A stretch of 63,723 nt of DNA, the filler included, from Lama guanicoe (Eukaryota): the NCBI GenBank assembly GCA_013239625.1. It is 203 parts of 203 records of this genome, joined end to end, with 100 filler letters (N's around TTAATTAATTAA, not from the genome) between each part and the next. Parts side by side here need not be neighbours in the genome. Positions count along the whole stretch, not along the records: positions 61,619 to 61,833 come from PNXV01038065.1; positions 61,934 to 62,148 come from PNXV01038066.1; positions 62,249 to 62,463 come from PNXV01038067.1; positions 62,564 to 62,778 come from PNXV01038068.1; positions 62,879 to 63,093 come from PNXV01038069.1; positions 63,194 to 63,408 come from PNXV01038070.1; positions 63,509 to 63,723 come from PNXV01038071.1; 196 more parts are not named here. One strand, 5' to 3'. The position numbers and the translations under genes were made by a program. A model generated the notes under the pieces. It saw nothing but the letters and a program-made list of their open reading frames with translations. It was not told where the DNA came from and searched no databases. Numbering within the stretch: position 1 is the stretch's first letter; every line of letters begins with the position of its first letter. Shown piece by piece: positions 61,709 through 63,723 of the stretch.

Positions 61709-62584
61709 TTAAGCATCTGCTTTAAAGGGGACTTGACGGTGATTTTTCCTTCTTACACTGTGATAAGGCTTGGCTCCGCACAGGGAACCCAGGACAGTGA
61801 TGCCACTGCCTGTACCCTTGACACGATCCCATANNNNNNNNNNNNNNNNNNNNNNNNNNNNNNNNNNNNNNNNNNNNTTAATTAATTAANNNNNNNNNNN
61901 NNNNNNNNNNNNNNNNNNNNNNNNNNNNNNNNNATTGTAGCCGACGGGTCCCTTCTGGTGCCAGTCATGGCATGCTGCCACTTAGAGTGGCGGCTGAGCT
62001 GAGGTCCTGGGATCAGGGCAGCCAGAACAACTGCAGCACTGGGGCTCTGGCACAGGCACACGGTGGGGGAGCTGGCATCTGAGGCACGGGCAGGTGCATA
62101 TCTCCTGTGGTTCCTCCTGCCACTTGCCACAGTGGCAGGCTGAGGGTANNNNNNNNNNNNNNNNNNNNNNNNNNNNNNNNNNNNNNNNNNNNTTAATTAA
62201 TTAANNNNNNNNNNNNNNNNNNNNNNNNNNNNNNNNNNNNNNNNNNNNAAGGCCAGCATCCCCAAGCAGAGTATGGAGGGTGGATTTGGTGCTGATGGGG
62301 CAGTAAGTAAATAAGTGATACACACACACTGGGGTGCACTGTCTCATTTCATCCTCCTGGTGTTAGCACAGAGATCATAGTGAAGAGTTATTCCCAAGTT
62401 ATAAAGACAAATCCGAAGACCAGAGTTGTTCAGTAATTTGCCCAAGTCAGTTACCAGGTAGTCNNNNNNNNNNNNNNNNNNNNNNNNNNNNNNNNNNNNN
62501 NNNNNNNTTAATTAATTAANNNNNNNNNNNNNNNNNNNNNNNNNNNNNNNNNNNNNNNNNNNNAAAAAAAAGACTTAACAAAAG

Positions 62585-62778
62585 ATTGCTTTAGCAGTTT
62601 GGGGTATTTTATGGTTTCATATAAATTTTGGAATTGTTTGTTCTAGTTCTGTGAAGAATGTCGTATTTTCACAGGGGCTGCGTTGGATCTGTAGACTGCT
62701 TTGGGACATACTGCCATGATGATAATGCTGATTCTTCCAATCCAAGAGCAAAAGATATCTTTCTCTTTCTTTGTATCA
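62585..62778 (-). mobile_element. LINE-1 ORF2 fragment
   Basis: agattgctttagc...ttcatataaatttt..aattgtttgttctagttctgtgaagaatgtc...attcttccaatccaagagca. Confidence 0.9.
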
Positions 62779-63723
62779 NNNNNNNNNNNNNNNNNNNNNN
62801 NNNNNNNNNNNNNNNNNNNNNNTTAATTAATTAANNNNNNNNNNNNNNNNNNNNNNNNNNNNNNNNNNNNNNNNNNNNGTTCTGCTTTCTTGTGGCTTCT
62901 GAATTCAAGTACACAGACCATTTTCACATTAGAGAATGGATTAGTTGTAGGAAGACAGACTTGGAAGTACAAAAGTAAGAAATACCCAGAAGGACAAGCT
63001 TATTCTAATTTCCAAAGATCTTTGAATCATGCCCACTTTTTTTTTTTTTTTAACCTTGCCAGTTGCCTTCAGATAGATTTCTGCCATAGGACTNNNNNNN
63101 NNNNNNNNNNNNNNNNNNNNNNNNNNNNNNNNNNNNNTTAATTAATTAANNNNNNNNNNNNNNNNNNNNNNNNNNNNNNNNNNNNNNNNNNNNCCAGCAC
63201 TCCTGGAGGGCAGCCTAGTTTTGCACACACTTCTTTGTCATCTTACTCCCCACATGAGTAGACGGAGGAGGCTCCTCCATTGGGTTTGGGACTGAGACAT
63301 TAACCATCTAGATCATTTCTAGATCTTCCTGGTGCTAAAGCCGGGAAGTATTGCACAGGCCTTCTCTTGCACGTGTTTCAGGATCACCTGGCATCTTGTC
63401 TGATCCTTNNNNNNNNNNNNNNNNNNNNNNNNNNNNNNNNNNNNNNNNNNNNTTAATTAATTAANNNNNNNNNNNNNNNNNNNNNNNNNNNNNNNNNNNN
63501 NNNNNNNNAAGAGACAATTCTTTGCTGAGCAGGACTGTCTTGCTGATTGTAGAACAATGAGTATTAAGGTGAAATGTATCATCACACATTTCTTAACTGC
63601 GCCCCATGTGCAGAGTCCAGTCACAACTACAGTCTTGAATGCTGTTATCCGTGGAGCATTCAGGAATCATGGTAGATTAGAGATGGGAAAAAGTCAGACG
63701 CCATCAAATCCATGTCTGTACAT

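Overview
This window is not a contiguous locus. It is an artificial pseudo-scaffold of about 203 unrelated 214-215 bp mammalian contigs, ordered by size (214 bp up to about 36.6 kb, mostly 215 bp afterwards). They are joined by a fixed 100-nt linker: 44 N + TTAATTAATTAA (stop codons in all six frames) + 44 N. Adjacency between contigs has no biological meaning, and most ORF-track entries (ending XXXX/LIN) are linker artefacts. Repeat content (L1, L2, MIR, MaLR/ERVL, Tigger, MER5, a tRNA-derived SINE with a TAAA..CCTAGCTACCCC tail) indicates a eutherian, probably a camelid. Recognisable gene fragments are a TRAV8-3-like TCR V exon with an extra FR2 Cys, the FOXG1 promoter/5'UTR, a LILR Ig-domain exon, KCNQ5 exon 1 with two uORFs, and a probable HNRNPH2 retrocopy 5' junction. 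Seven near-identical contig pairs each share exactly 49 bp at both ends (de Bruijn bubbles). Two contigs together suggest a satellite monomer of about 247 bp. I found no evidence for a new multi-gene system or a CRISPR array. Gene and repeat names come from recall of known sequences, not from database searches.
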